Assembly: GCA_964607825.1 (NCBI GenBank)
Contig: CAZSNA010000007.1
Location: 1,636-65,635 of the forward strand
DNA: 64,000 nucleotides
Source: an uncultured Fibrobacteraceae bacterium
GTDB lineage: Bacteria > Krumholzibacteriota > Krumholzibacteriia > LZORAL124-64-63
Direction: 5' to 3'
This document shows, piece after piece, positions 51,863-61,215 of this stretch. The position numbers were made by a program, and so were the translations under genes. The number at the start of each line of letters is the position of its first letter. The first letter of the stretch is position 1. A model generated the notes under the pieces. The model was not told where the DNA came from, made no database searches, and saw nothing but the letters and a program-made list of their open reading frames with translations.

Positions 51863-54667
51863 CTAGCCGTATCCGAACAGCTCCGCCCAGATGATCAGCA
51901 TGATCAGGCCGAGCCCGATGGTCAGGGCCGTGAAACCGAAGACCTTGAACCACTTGGTGCGGCTCTCGGGCTGCGGGTCCATCAACAGCTCCTCCAGCTC
52001 GCCGGATGCGACGAGCTCCTCGTACTCGCGCGGACGGTCCTCCTTGAGCTCCTCGACCGGCACGCTGCGCGTGAAGATCGCCGGGTCCATGGGGAACTTG
52101 TCCGGACGGAAGTGGGTGTTGAAGAAGTGCACCGTGAAGATGAAGCCGGTGGCCAGCAACGCCTCGTCCGAGTGGATGATGGTGGCGATGTTGATGAACG
52201 ATCCCGGCAGGATCTTCGTGAACAGCTCCGGGAACCACAGGGTCAGGCCCGTGAAGCCGATCATGGCCACGCCCCAGAACACGGCGAAGTAGTCGAACTT
52301 CTCCCAGTAGGTCCAGCGTCCGTAGCGCGGACGCGGTCCGGCGCCGATGAACCACTTGAAGGTCTGGCCGAGCTCGATCAGGTCCCGCATCTTCGGCACC
52401 ATGGAGTTCTCGCCGGTCAGGTAGTCCTTCCAGGACAGGCCGGAGGCGCGGCGGCGGCGGAAGATGTCCACCAGATGGCGGCCGAAGTAGAAGAAGGTGA
52501 TGATGGCCGCGATGCGGTGGATCAGCCCGGTGCCCTCGAAGCCGCCCAGCAGGTGCGAGATGGTCCGCGCCCAGGGCAGGTACGAGAACTTGAGGCTCAT
52601 GCCGGTGACCGCGAGGCTCAGGAAGCTGATGATCACCAGGATGTGGAGGTTGCGCTGCAGGCGCGTGAAGCGGCGGACCTCCTTCTTGCCCTTGGAGATC
52701 TGGCGCAGGTAGCGGCCGTGCTTCATGGCCAGGAACGAACGCGGCAGCCAGAGCAGCGTGTGCAGGCCGAAGAAGCAGAAGGTCCCCACCAGCAGCGTGG
52801 TCATGAAGCGCCAGGTCCAGTAGATGAACGGGTACTTCTCGCGATCGTGGTGCGTGGCGTGGGGCAGGAAATCCGCGAAGCGCTGGTGCGAACCCTCGTG
52901 GCACTGGGCGCAGGTGCCGACGATGTTCTCGCGCGAGATCATCGAGGCCGGGTCGGTGCGCGGCCGGATGTCGTGTGAGCCGTGGCAGTCCTGGCACTTG
53001 GCCGTGGCGGTGAAGCCCAGGTCGACGACCTTGCCGTGGAAGGTCTCGAAGTACGACTCGGTCACGTCCTCGTGGCAGTGGGCGCAGTGCTCCACCAACT
53101 CGAGCTTGAAGGCGTTCTCCTGCGTGTTGGCGATCTCGTGGGAGGTGTGGCAGTCGTCGCAGAGGGGCAGCGGCGTGTGCTCGAGGCTCTCGCCGGTGAA
53201 GTGGATGCTGCCCTTGAACTCCTCGAAGATGCCCTCGTGGCAGGCGGAACAGGTGCCGACGATGTTGGCGCGGTGGATGCTCGAGACCGGGTCCGTCTGC
53301 GGCCGCACCGAGTGGGAGGTGTGGCAGTCGGAGCAGGTGGCCGCGACGACCAGGCCCTTCTCCTGCACGGCCCGACCGTGGACGCTGTCCGAGTAGTTCT
53401 CCACCATGCCGGTGGGATCGTCCTCGCTGTGGACGTCGGCCTGTCCGCCGGCGCCGTGGCATTCGCCGCACAGCCCGGCGATGTTGCTCACGTACGTCGG
53501 CGAGCGCGGATCGGCTTGCTTGCGGGTCTCGTGGGTGCCGTGGCAGTCGACGCAGCCCGGGGCGTCGGGATCGCCTTCGGCCGCCAGCACGCCGTGGGTG
53601 CTGCCCTCGAACTGGTCCACCTGTTCGGCGTGGCAGATGGAGCAGTCCACCCGGGCCACCACCGTGGCGCAGGGCCGGTCGTGGGACGGCGTGGTGCCGG
53701 TGTGGCACTGGGCGCAGGCGATCTTGTGGTGCGCGGACTCCGCGAGCTCGATGCGGTCGGTGTAGAGGGACACGCTCCCGCCGTCGCGCTCCATGGTCAG
53801 TGCGTGGTCGCCGTGGCATTCCAGGCACTCGCGGTCGGCCATGCCCTCCTCGTAGTAGACGCGACGCACCTCGTGGGGCTGGTGGCACTCGATGCAGGCC
53901 GGCACCATGTGGGGCTCCTCCTCCCACAGCTCGCCGGCGATCACCTTCTGATGCACCTGCTCGATGCGGCCGTGGCATTGCTGGCAGGTCGCGGCCACGT
54001 TGTCGCGGTGGATGGTCGAGCTCGGATCGGTGTGGGGCTGCACGTCGTGGGAGGTGTGGCAGTCGGTGCAGACCGCGGTGATGGTCAGGCCGCGCCGGAA
54101 GAGCCCCTCGCCGTGGATGCTCTGGGAGTAGTGGGTCAGGATGCTGTCCTGCGGGATGTGGTACATGCGCGAGACCTTGGTGCCCTCCTTGTGGCAGCTG
54201 CCGCACATGATCGGGATGTTGAAGCGGTTGACCTTGGAGTCCGGTTCCGAGGGCGGGAGCACGTCGTGCGCGCCGTGGCAGTCCCAGCAGCGGGGGGCGT
54301 CGGGATTGTCGTCGGCGACGGCGAGGCCGTGGAGGCTGTGGGAATAGACCTCGGCCTCCTCGTCGTGGCACTCGGAGCAGTCGACGGGATCCAGGTCCTC
54401 GGCGTGCTCGTCCTCGAAGTCGATCAGATCGGCGTGGCAGTCGACGCAGAGCATCTCCTCGCGCCCGTGCACCGAGCGCTCGTAGAGCTCCAGGTCGATG
54501 TAGAGCGAGATGACCCGCTCGCCGCGGATCTTGGTCAGCTCCTCGTCGTCATGGCAGATCAGGCAGTCGTCGACTTCCTGGGCCGCCGCCGGCGAGGCGG
54601 CGACGAGCAGCAGGCACAACGGCAGGGCGATCCGCAGCAGGACGGGCCGGATTCCAGTTTCGTACAC
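51863..54667 (-). CDS. Multiheme c-type cytochrome (19 CxxCH motifs) fused to a C-terminal di-heme cytochrome b membrane domain of the HydC/FdnI type (CbcL-like)
   Basis: GTG start with a signal peptide. I counted 19 CxxCH motifs in the first 600 aa or so, with a repeating ...C.DCHTSH.V.P.TDP.S.I.R.NIV.TC..CH. unit. About 330 C-terminal residues carry 4-5 transmembrane helices with conserved His (RNLHILV, IHRIAAI, IIHSDEA, VHFFNTHF), as in Ni_hydr_CYTB. Confidence 0.85.
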   Translation of the reverse strand: MYETGIRPVLLRIALPLCLLLVAASPAAAQEVDDCLICHDDEELTKIRGERVISLYIDLELYERSVHGREEMLCVDCHADLIDFEDEHAEDLDPVDCSECHDEEAEVYSHSLHGLAVADDNPDAPRCWDCHGAHDVLPPSEPDSKVNRFNIPIMCGSCHKEGTKVSRMYHIPQDSILTHYSQSIHGEGLFRRGLTITAVCTDCHTSHDVQPHTDPSSTIHRDNVAATCQQCHGRIEQVHQKVIAGELWEEEPHMVPACIECHQPHEVRRVYYEEGMADRECLECHGDHALTMERDGGSVSLYTDRIELAESAHHKIACAQCHTGTTPSHDRPCATVVARVDCSICHAEQVDQFEGSTHGVLAAEGDPDAPGCVDCHGTHETRKQADPRSPTYVSNIAGLCGECHGAGGQADVHSEDDPTGMVENYSDSVHGRAVQEKGLVVAATCSDCHTSHSVRPQTDPVSSIHRANIVGTCSACHEGIFEEFKGSIHFTGESLEHTPLPLCDDCHTSHEIANTQENAFKLELVEHCAHCHEDVTESYFETFHGKVVDLGFTATAKCQDCHGSHDIRPRTDPASMISRENIVGTCAQCHEGSHQRFADFLPHATHHDREKYPFIYWTWRFMTTLLVGTFCFFGLHTLLWLPRSFLAMKHGRYLRQISKGKKEVRRFTRLQRNLHILVIISFLSLAVTGMSLKFSYLPWARTISHLLGGFEGTGLIHRIAAIITFFYFGRHLVDIFRRRRASGLSWKDYLTGENSMVPKMRDLIELGQTFKWFIGAGPRPRYGRWTYWEKFDYFAVFWGVAMIGFTGLTLWFPELFTKILPGSFINIATIIHSDEALLATGFIFTVHFFNTHFRPDKFPMDPAIFTRSVPVEELKEDRPREYEELVASGELEELLMDPQPESRTKWFKVFGFTALTIGLGLIMLIIWAELFGYG

Positions 54668-54855
54668 GCCAGAACTCCCGCGTGACTATTCCTAGTCGGT
54701 TTCGAAATTTATTTACTTAAACTCTGCGACGAAAAAACCCGGCTGTCAACCGGTCTTTACCCGGGCGGGGCATCCCGGCTCCGGGCCGGAATCGGCGATA
54801 GGCCGATACGCGACGATTTCGTTGACCCGGAGCGGTAAGCGACTACTGTTACCGG

Positions 54856-55986
54856 ATGTTCCGCACCCTGACGACAACCCTGGTCCTGTTGACCTGCGCC
54901 CTCGCGGGGGCGTCGACCTCCGTCGCAACGCCGACGGAGGAGACGCCGCCGGCCTCCGCGGAACCCTACTACTTCTACCACGGCCACGACTACGGCACCG
55001 ACAGCCTGATCCACCCCCTGCGGCTGGTGGTCAACGGCGGCTTCGGCATCATGCAGCTCTCCAACCGCCACAACCGGCCCCTGGACATCGACTACGCCCA
55101 GGGCTGGAAGAACGTGTGGCGCAACCTGCTCGATCCCACCGGCGCGATCCAGCAGGAGGGCTGGTGGGACTTCTTCAAGCGCGAGATCATCCCCTTCAGC
55201 CTCGACTCGAAGCGGGCCCACTACTGGCCCAACTACACGCAGCACCTGATCGGCGGCGGCATGAGCTACCGCATGATGGTGGAGTGGTACCGCGCCCACG
55301 GCTACGAGCGGCCGGGCGTGTGGGGCGGCACGACCATCATGCTCTACCACCTGCTCAACGAGATCGTGGAGAACGACAAGCGCGACTCCTGGTCGACCGA
55401 TCCGGTGGCCGACATCTGGCTCTTCGATCCGGCCAGCATCCTGCTCTTCAGCAGCGAGAAGGTGTGCCGGTTCTTCAGCCATACGCTGCACATGTCGGAC
55501 TGGTCCTACCAGCCGGTGGTCGACTTCCGCCACGGCACCCTGCACAACAACGGCCAGAACTTCGCCCTGAAGCTGGACCTGCCCTGGTGGGAGCGGAAGT
55601 GGGCCCTGTTCTACCACTACGGGACCCACGGCGAGTTCGGCCTGACGCGGCGATTCCCCGGCGGGCACAACCTGTCCGTCGGCGGGGGCTTCAAGGCCGA
55701 CGAGCTGCTGGAGATCACGGAATTCCACGAGGGCGCGGAGCTGGCGGTGACCGGCGGCGTGTTCTACGACCGGAACGACTCGCTGCTGGCTTCGGTGCTC
55801 TGGGCCAAGTCCAAGGACTACAAGCTGCGCGTGAACGTCTATCCCGGCCTGTTCGAGATCTGCGGCCTCAGGCCCGGGCTGATGTACAACATGAACCGCA
55901 ACCGGACCGGCGTCCTGGGGATCACGATCTCGAACCTGTCGCTGCCCTTCGGTTTCGCGATCGGGGACGAGCCGACGGACGAGTGA
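54856..55986 (+). CDS. Exported protein of unknown function (376 aa)
   Basis: Signal peptide MFRTLTTTLVLLTCALAGAST. Aromatic-rich (W/Y/H) sequence with no recognisable motif. Confidence 0.5.
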   Translation: MFRTLTTTLVLLTCALAGASTSVATPTEETPPASAEPYYFYHGHDYGTDSLIHPLRLVVNGGFGIMQLSNRHNRPLDIDYAQGWKNVWRNLLDPTGAIQQEGWWDFFKREIIPFSLDSKRAHYWPNYTQHLIGGGMSYRMMVEWYRAHGYERPGVWGGTTIMLYHLLNEIVENDKRDSWSTDPVADIWLFDPASILLFSSEKVCRFFSHTLHMSDWSYQPVVDFRHGTLHNNGQNFALKLDLPWWERKWALFYHYGTHGEFGLTRRFPGGHNLSVGGGFKADELLEITEFHEGAELAVTGGVFYDRNDSLLASVLWAKSKDYKLRVNVYPGLFEICGLRPGLMYNMNRNRTGVLGITISNLSLPFGFAIGDEPTDE

Positions 55987-56068
55987 ACCCGATCGCGCGA
56001 CGCACCACGAAAAAGAGGACCCGGCCGTGGCCGGGTCCTCCGCGTTTTCGGTCCGGATCGGGCTCGCG

Positions 56069-57802
56069 TCAATGCACCTTCACGAGCTTGCAGGCCGCCG
56101 ACCGGTCGTCGAGGCTCAGGCGGGCGAAGTAGACGCCCGACACGGCCTGGCGTCCGCGATCGTCGCGTCCGTCCCACATCACCTCGCCGGCGCCGGCGGA
56201 CAGCACCTCGCCGGCCACCAGCGTGCGGATCTCCCGACCCGCGAGATCGTAGATCACCAGGCGAGCGGCCGCCGTGCGGGGCAGGGCGAAGCGCAGCAGG
56301 CTGCCGCCGTCGCGCGGCGCGGCGCCGATCCGCAGGGCGTTCGCGGACGCGGGATCGGTCTTGGCCGTCAGCATGGGGCTGTCGGGAGCGGACATGGCGA
56401 CGGCGCGTCGGGCGTCGATGCATCCCCAGCCGGCGGACATGTCGTAGACACCCGCGACGCAGCCGGCGGTGGGCTCCGCGGTGTCGATCATGATCTGCAG
56501 CAGCTCCTCCGGGGCGAGGCCCGGGTTGCGCTGGATCATCAGGGCGGCCACGCCGGCCACGTGGGGCGTCGCCATGGACGTGCCGCTGAGGCGCCGGAAT
56601 CCGCCGCCGGGCACGCAGGACCGGATATCGACGCCGGGCGCGACCAGGTCGGGCTTGTGCAGGTTCCAGCCGCCGTACAGCCAGTGCGACGGGTCGATCC
56701 AGGGCAGTTCGGCCGGCGCATCGCCGCGGCTCGAGAAGGGGGGCACGACGCCGGCGGCGTCGATGGCGCCCACGCCGACCACGGTGGGATAGTTGCCGGG
56801 CGTGTCGGAGCTGCCGTACTCGGGGCCGTCGTTGCCCGCGGCGAAGACCGGCAGGACACCCAGCTTGCGCAGGCGCTCGCAGACGGAGAAGAACAGGTCC
56901 TCCTTGGCGTCGTCGAGGCTCCAGGACGCGCAGACCACGCGCACGTCGGCCTTGGCCTTCAGCGCGGCCACGAACTCGAGGCCGGCCAGGCACTGCTGAT
57001 AGGTGCCGACGCCGGCGGCGTCCATGACCTTGACGCCGGCCCAGCTGGCGCCGGGCGCCACGCCCAGGTCGTCGGGGTAGGGACCGAAGCCATCGCCGCC
57101 GAGCAGGGTGCCCAGGGTGTGTGTGCCGTGGCCGTTGTCGTCGTAGGGGGCGGTCAGGCCGTCGACCGCGTCGAACCAGTAGCCGGAGAACTTGCCGGTG
57201 ATGGCGGGATGGGTCGGGTCCACGCCCGTGTCCATGTGCGCCACGAGCACGCCGGTCCCGTCGACGCCGTCCAGCCAGCAGGACTCGACGTCGATCTCGT
57301 GGGCGCCCCAGGCCACGCCGGGCTCGGAGGCGTAGGAGACGGGTTCGAGCTCGGGATCGACCAGGCGCACCTCGCCGTTGCGGGCCACCTTCCGGACGTC
57401 CTTGCGCTTGGCGATCTTGCGCACCTTGCGCGGCTTGGCCTGCAGCAGGACGGAGTTGAGCAGCCAGTTCTGCTCGAGGACGGTGTAGTCGTCGACGCCC
57501 TCCTCGGCCAGGTCCTGCAACAGGGCCTTCTGCATGGCCTCGGCGAGATCGCGGTAGTACTCGATCCGCTCGGGGACCGGGAGCTGGAGCGGGTCGGTCT
57601 TGTCCGGTTCGTCCAGGACGACGATCACCTCCAGCCACTCGTCCTCCCCGACGGTCTCGAGCGAGATGCGGAGCTCCTCGGTGAGGGGACTGAAGATATG
57701 TTGCGTTTCGAAGACCTGTCCGGCCGGTGAGGCGGCCGCACAGAGCAGGGCGAACATGCCGACGCAGAGCGTCGCAATGGGTGGGCGATTGATTTGAGAC
57801 AA
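56069..57802 (-). CDS. Subtilisin-like serine protease (S8) with a T9SS C-terminal domain
   Basis: DTGVD, HGTHT and GTSMATPHVAG triad blocks. C-terminus ...SGVYFARLSLDDRSAACKLVKVH. The likely start is the TTG at 57802, 7 nt after AAGGGGGA, giving MSQINRPPIATLCVGMFALLCAAASPAG. The track instead starts at a GTG at 57850. Confidence 0.85.
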   Translation of the reverse strand: MSQINRPPIATLCVGMFALLCAAASPAGQVFETQHIFSPLTEELRISLETVGEDEWLEVIVVLDEPDKTDPLQLPVPERIEYYRDLAEAMQKALLQDLAEEGVDDYTVLEQNWLLNSVLLQAKPRKVRKIAKRKDVRKVARNGEVRLVDPELEPVSYASEPGVAWGAHEIDVESCWLDGVDGTGVLVAHMDTGVDPTHPAITGKFSGYWFDAVDGLTAPYDDNGHGTHTLGTLLGGDGFGPYPDDLGVAPGASWAGVKVMDAAGVGTYQQCLAGLEFVAALKAKADVRVVCASWSLDDAKEDLFFSVCERLRKLGVLPVFAAGNDGPEYGSSDTPGNYPTVVGVGAIDAAGVVPPFSSRGDAPAELPWIDPSHWLYGGWNLHKPDLVAPGVDIRSCVPGGGFRRLSGTSMATPHVAGVAALMIQRNPGLAPEELLQIMIDTAEPTAGCVAGVYDMSAGWGCIDARRAVAMSAPDSPMLTAKTDPASANALRIGAAPRDGGSLLRFALPRTAAARLVIYDLAGREIRTLVAGEVLSAGAGEVMWDGRDDRGRQAVSGVYFARLSLDDRSAACKLVKVH

Positions 57803-57991
57803 GGCGATCCCCCTTAAGCAGTCTCTCGGATGTTCTATTGAGTATAGCACTCCGGAAAGGACGAGCGAAAGGGGTCAACGACGGAATAGAGACGTTTTTT
57901 TCATTTCCACTTCGTCGGGTTGCTGTAGCGAAGGGGATAACCGTGCTCTAGGATGGCCGTATCGGCCTCACACCCCGCCCTGGAGACGAAG

Positions 57992-59842
57992 ATGATCATG
58001 CGCCCGCTCGGCCTCGTGACGACCCTGATCTGCCTGCTCGCAGCCTCGCCGGCCCGGACCTCCGCGCCGGAACCGCCTCCGCCGGTGATCGTCGAGGCGC
58101 CGACGCCGTCCCTCGCCGGCGACGGCTGGGACACCCCCTACGAGCTCTCCGGCGGCCTGGAGACCCCCCGCTACGCCGAGACCCTCGCCTATTGCCGTCG
58201 CCTGGCGGAGGCCTCCCCCCGGCTGCACCTGACGCGATTCGGCGTCAGCCCCCAGGGCCGCGACCTGATCCTGATGATCGCCGATCGCGACGGGCTGACC
58301 ACGGCCGAGGCCGTGCGCGCCGCCGGCCGCCCGGTGCTCATGCTGCAGGCGGGCATCCACGCGGGCGAGATCGACGGCAAGGACGCCGGCCTGATGCTGC
58401 TGCGCGACATCGAGATCCGGAAGATCCACCCGCACCTGCTGGACGACGTGACGATCCTGCTGCTGCCCATCTTCAACGTGGACGGCCACGAGCGCTTCGG
58501 CCCCGCCAACCGGGCCAACCAGAACGGCCCGGCCGAGATGGGCTGGCGCGTCACCGCCCAGGGCTACAACCTCAACCGCGACTACGTGAAGGCCGACGCG
58601 CCGGAGATGCGCGCCTGGCTGGAGCTCTACGGCGCCTGGCTGCCCGACTTCTACATCGACAGCCACGTCACCGACGGCGCCGACTTCCGACACGTGGTGA
58701 TGTACGGCGTGGAGCTGGGCGCGAACCTGGACCCCGACCCGGTCGCCTGGATCCGCGACCGCTACCTGCCCGGCCTGACCGAACGCCTGACCTCCGACGG
58801 CTACCCGCCCATGCCCTACGGCGGCTTCCGGCGCTGGCAGGACCCGCGCAGCGGCATCCGCGTGTGGTCCTCGGGGCCCCGCTACTCCCAGGGCTACGCG
58901 GCGGTGCGCAACCGCCCCGCCCTGCTGCTCGAGACCCACATGTTCAAGGACCACAAGACGCGGGTCGACGCCACCTACCGCGTGTTCCTGCACACGGCCG
59001 AGCTGATGGGCCGCCACGGCGACGAGCTGCGGGCCGCCGTCGCGCGCGCCGACCGCCGTACGGCCTCGCCGGACTTCCGGCGCGCCGACTTCCCCCTGAC
59101 CCTGACCGCGGACATGTCCGACAGCACCTCGTTCCGCTTCCTGGGCTACGACTACGAGTTCGTGGACAGCGAGATCACCGGCGGGCGCTACCCGGTGTAC
59201 TCGGACACGCCGGTCGACATGGACCTGCCGCTGTTCGCGTCGCACGTGCCGGAGACGGTGACGCGGCTGCCCGAGGCCTATCTGGTCCCGCCCGAGTGGC
59301 TCGACGTCATCGACCGGCTGGAACTGCACGGCGTGCGGGTGCGGCGGCTGGCGCGAGAGACGGAGCTGGCCGTGGAGAGCGTGCGCTTCGTCGATCCGGT
59401 GTGGCGCGAGGCGCCGTACGAGGGCCGCCACGGCGCGTCCTACGGCACCGAGCCGCTGACCGAGACCCGCGTCTGGCCCGCCGGCACGGTGGTGGTCGAC
59501 CTGGACCAGGCCGCCGCGCGCGTCGCGGCCCACCTGCTCGAGCCGGACGCTCCCGACGCCCTGGCCAAGTGGGGCTTCTTCGACACGATCTTCGAGCGCA
59601 AGGAGTACGTGGAGCCCTACGTGCTGGAACCGCTGCTGCCGGGGATGATCGAGGCGAACCCCGCCCTGGCCGACAGCTTCGCCGCGGCCCTGGCGGCGGA
59701 GCCGGCCCTGGCGGAGAACTACTGGGGCAAGATCCTGTGGTTCTACCGGCACACCGAGTGGTGGGACGACCGCATCGGGGTCTACCCGGTGGGCTGGTCA
59801 CGCGACCGCCGGGCCGTGGATGCGCTGATCTACTCGGACTGA
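57992..59842 (+). CDS. M14-family zinc carboxypeptidase-like secreted protein
   Basis: ATG at 57992 with a signal peptide. It has ...LQAGIHAGEIDG..., an HxxE zinc ligand block, and ...NVDGHE.... Confidence 0.75.
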   Translation: MIMRPLGLVTTLICLLAASPARTSAPEPPPPVIVEAPTPSLAGDGWDTPYELSGGLETPRYAETLAYCRRLAEASPRLHLTRFGVSPQGRDLILMIADRDGLTTAEAVRAAGRPVLMLQAGIHAGEIDGKDAGLMLLRDIEIRKIHPHLLDDVTILLLPIFNVDGHERFGPANRANQNGPAEMGWRVTAQGYNLNRDYVKADAPEMRAWLELYGAWLPDFYIDSHVTDGADFRHVVMYGVELGANLDPDPVAWIRDRYLPGLTERLTSDGYPPMPYGGFRRWQDPRSGIRVWSSGPRYSQGYAAVRNRPALLLETHMFKDHKTRVDATYRVFLHTAELMGRHGDELRAAVARADRRTASPDFRRADFPLTLTADMSDSTSFRFLGYDYEFVDSEITGGRYPVYSDTPVDMDLPLFASHVPETVTRLPEAYLVPPEWLDVIDRLELHGVRVRRLARETELAVESVRFVDPVWREAPYEGRHGASYGTEPLTETRVWPAGTVVVDLDQAAARVAAHLLEPDAPDALAKWGFFDTIFERKEYVEPYVLEPLLPGMIEANPALADSFAAALAAEPALAENYWGKILWFYRHTEWWDDRIGVYPVGWSRDRRAVDALIYSD

Positions 59843-61215
59843 GCGTCCGGCGTCCAGTCCATGGCCAGCTCGACGTCCTCCACCGTCTTCGGAATGGGCG
59901 GTCCCAGCACCCGGTGGCCGCCGTCGTCGATCAGCAGGTCGTCCTCCACGCGGATGCCGCCGAAGTCGCGGTACTTCGCCACGGCCGCGTAGTCGATGAA
60001 GTCCTCGTGCCGCTTCTCCCCCGCCCACCGGTCGATGAGCGCCGGTATGAAGTAGATCCCCGGCTCGATGGTGACGACGAAGCCCGGCTTGAGCTCGCGG
60101 GCCAGCCGCAGGTAGTTCAGGCCGAACTGCCCGCTGCGCGCGACGCCGGGGTCGTAGCCCACAGCGTCGCCCAGGTCCTCCATGTCGTGGACGTCCAGGC
60201 CGAGCATGTGGCCGATGCCGTGGGGGAAGAACAGGGCGTGGGCGCCGGCGGCGACGGCCTCGTCCGCGTCGCCGCGCATCAGGCCCAGCGCGCCCAGGCC
60301 CACGGCCGTGGCGCGCGCGGCCGCCAGGTGGACGTCGCGGTTGGTGGCGCCGGGACGCGCGGCGTCGAAGGCCGCCGCCTGGGCCGCCAGCACCACCTCG
60401 TAGACCTCCCGCTGCTTCGGCGAGAAGGCTCCGCCCACGGGCAGGGTGCGCGTGATGTCCGAGCAGTAGCCGCCGGCGCTCTCCACGCCGCTGTCCACCA
60501 GCAGCAACCGGCCCTCCTCCAGGGTGCCGGGATACGATTCGTTGTGCAGCACCTCGCCGTGGACGGTGACGATGGGCGGGAACGACGGCTGCATGTCGTG
60601 GGCCAGCGCCACGCCCAGCATGGCGCCCATGATCTGGGCCTCCTTCAGGCCGGGCTTGGCGTTGTGGAAGGCGATGCGGTACATGAGCGCGCTGACCGCG
60701 ACGGCCCGTTCGATCTCCGCGATCTCGTCGTCGGACTTGATCTCGCGCTGGGCCACCACCGCGGCCGTCAGCTCGGCCGACGCGCCGGCGTCGATCTCGT
60801 CGGGCGTCCGGCCCAGCCAGGCGGCCAGGCGCAGGCGGTTGTCGCCGCGGTAGGGCGGCAGATAGTGCACCTCGTGGCCGGACAGGGCGGCGGGCAGTTC
60901 GGCCATGTCGGCGTGACGCCCGACGCCCGCGTCCTTCGCGTGGTCGGCCGTCCCGGGCAGCGGACCCGACCAGATCACGTCGTCGGGATGGCCCGGCGGC
61001 CCGTAGAGGATCTCCTCCCCGTCCGGCAGCAGCAGCAGGGCGTGGCCGGGGTGGTCGACGCCCGTGTAGTACAGGAAGCTCGAGTCCTGCCGGAAGGGGT
61101 AGATGTTGGCCGTGTAGTTGCGGGGCGCGTCGAGGTTGCCGCCGAGCAGGATCGCGCCCGCGTCCAGGGTCTCGCGCAGGAGACGCCGGCGCCGGCGGTA
61201 GGTGTCGTGGTTCAT
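59830..61215 (-). CDS. pepP: Xaa-Pro aminopeptidase (M24B)
   Basis: From the ATG at 61215: MNHDTYRRRRRLLRE..., then ...HGIGHMLGLDVHD...VVTIEPGIYF.... The 3' end overlaps the convergent M14 gene by 13 nt. Confidence 0.85.
   Translation of the reverse strand: MNHDTYRRRRRLLRETLDAGAILLGGNLDAPRNYTANIYPFRQDSSFLYYTGVDHPGHALLLLPDGEEILYGPPGHPDDVIWSGPLPGTADHAKDAGVGRHADMAELPAALSGHEVHYLPPYRGDNRLRLAAWLGRTPDEIDAGASAELTAAVVAQREIKSDDEIAEIERAVAVSALMYRIAFHNAKPGLKEAQIMGAMLGVALAHDMQPSFPPIVTVHGEVLHNESYPGTLEEGRLLLVDSGVESAGGYCSDITRTLPVGGAFSPKQREVYEVVLAAQAAAFDAARPGATNRDVHLAAARATAVGLGALGLMRGDADEAVAAGAHALFFPHGIGHMLGLDVHDMEDLGDAVGYDPGVARSGQFGLNYLRLARELKPGFVVTIEPGIYFIPALIDRWAGEKRHEDFIDYAAVAKYRDFGGIRVEDDLLIDDGGHRVLGPPIPKTVEDVELAMDWTPDAQSE

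Noticed and set aside
50352-54371. 1339-aa minus-strand ORF in an alternative frame across the transglutaminase-like and cytochrome genes
   Set aside because: It is a frame-shifted overlap of two genes that have clear motifs (19 CxxCH; transglutaminase core). The translation is Arg/Pro/Gly-rich and lacks the CxxCH pattern.
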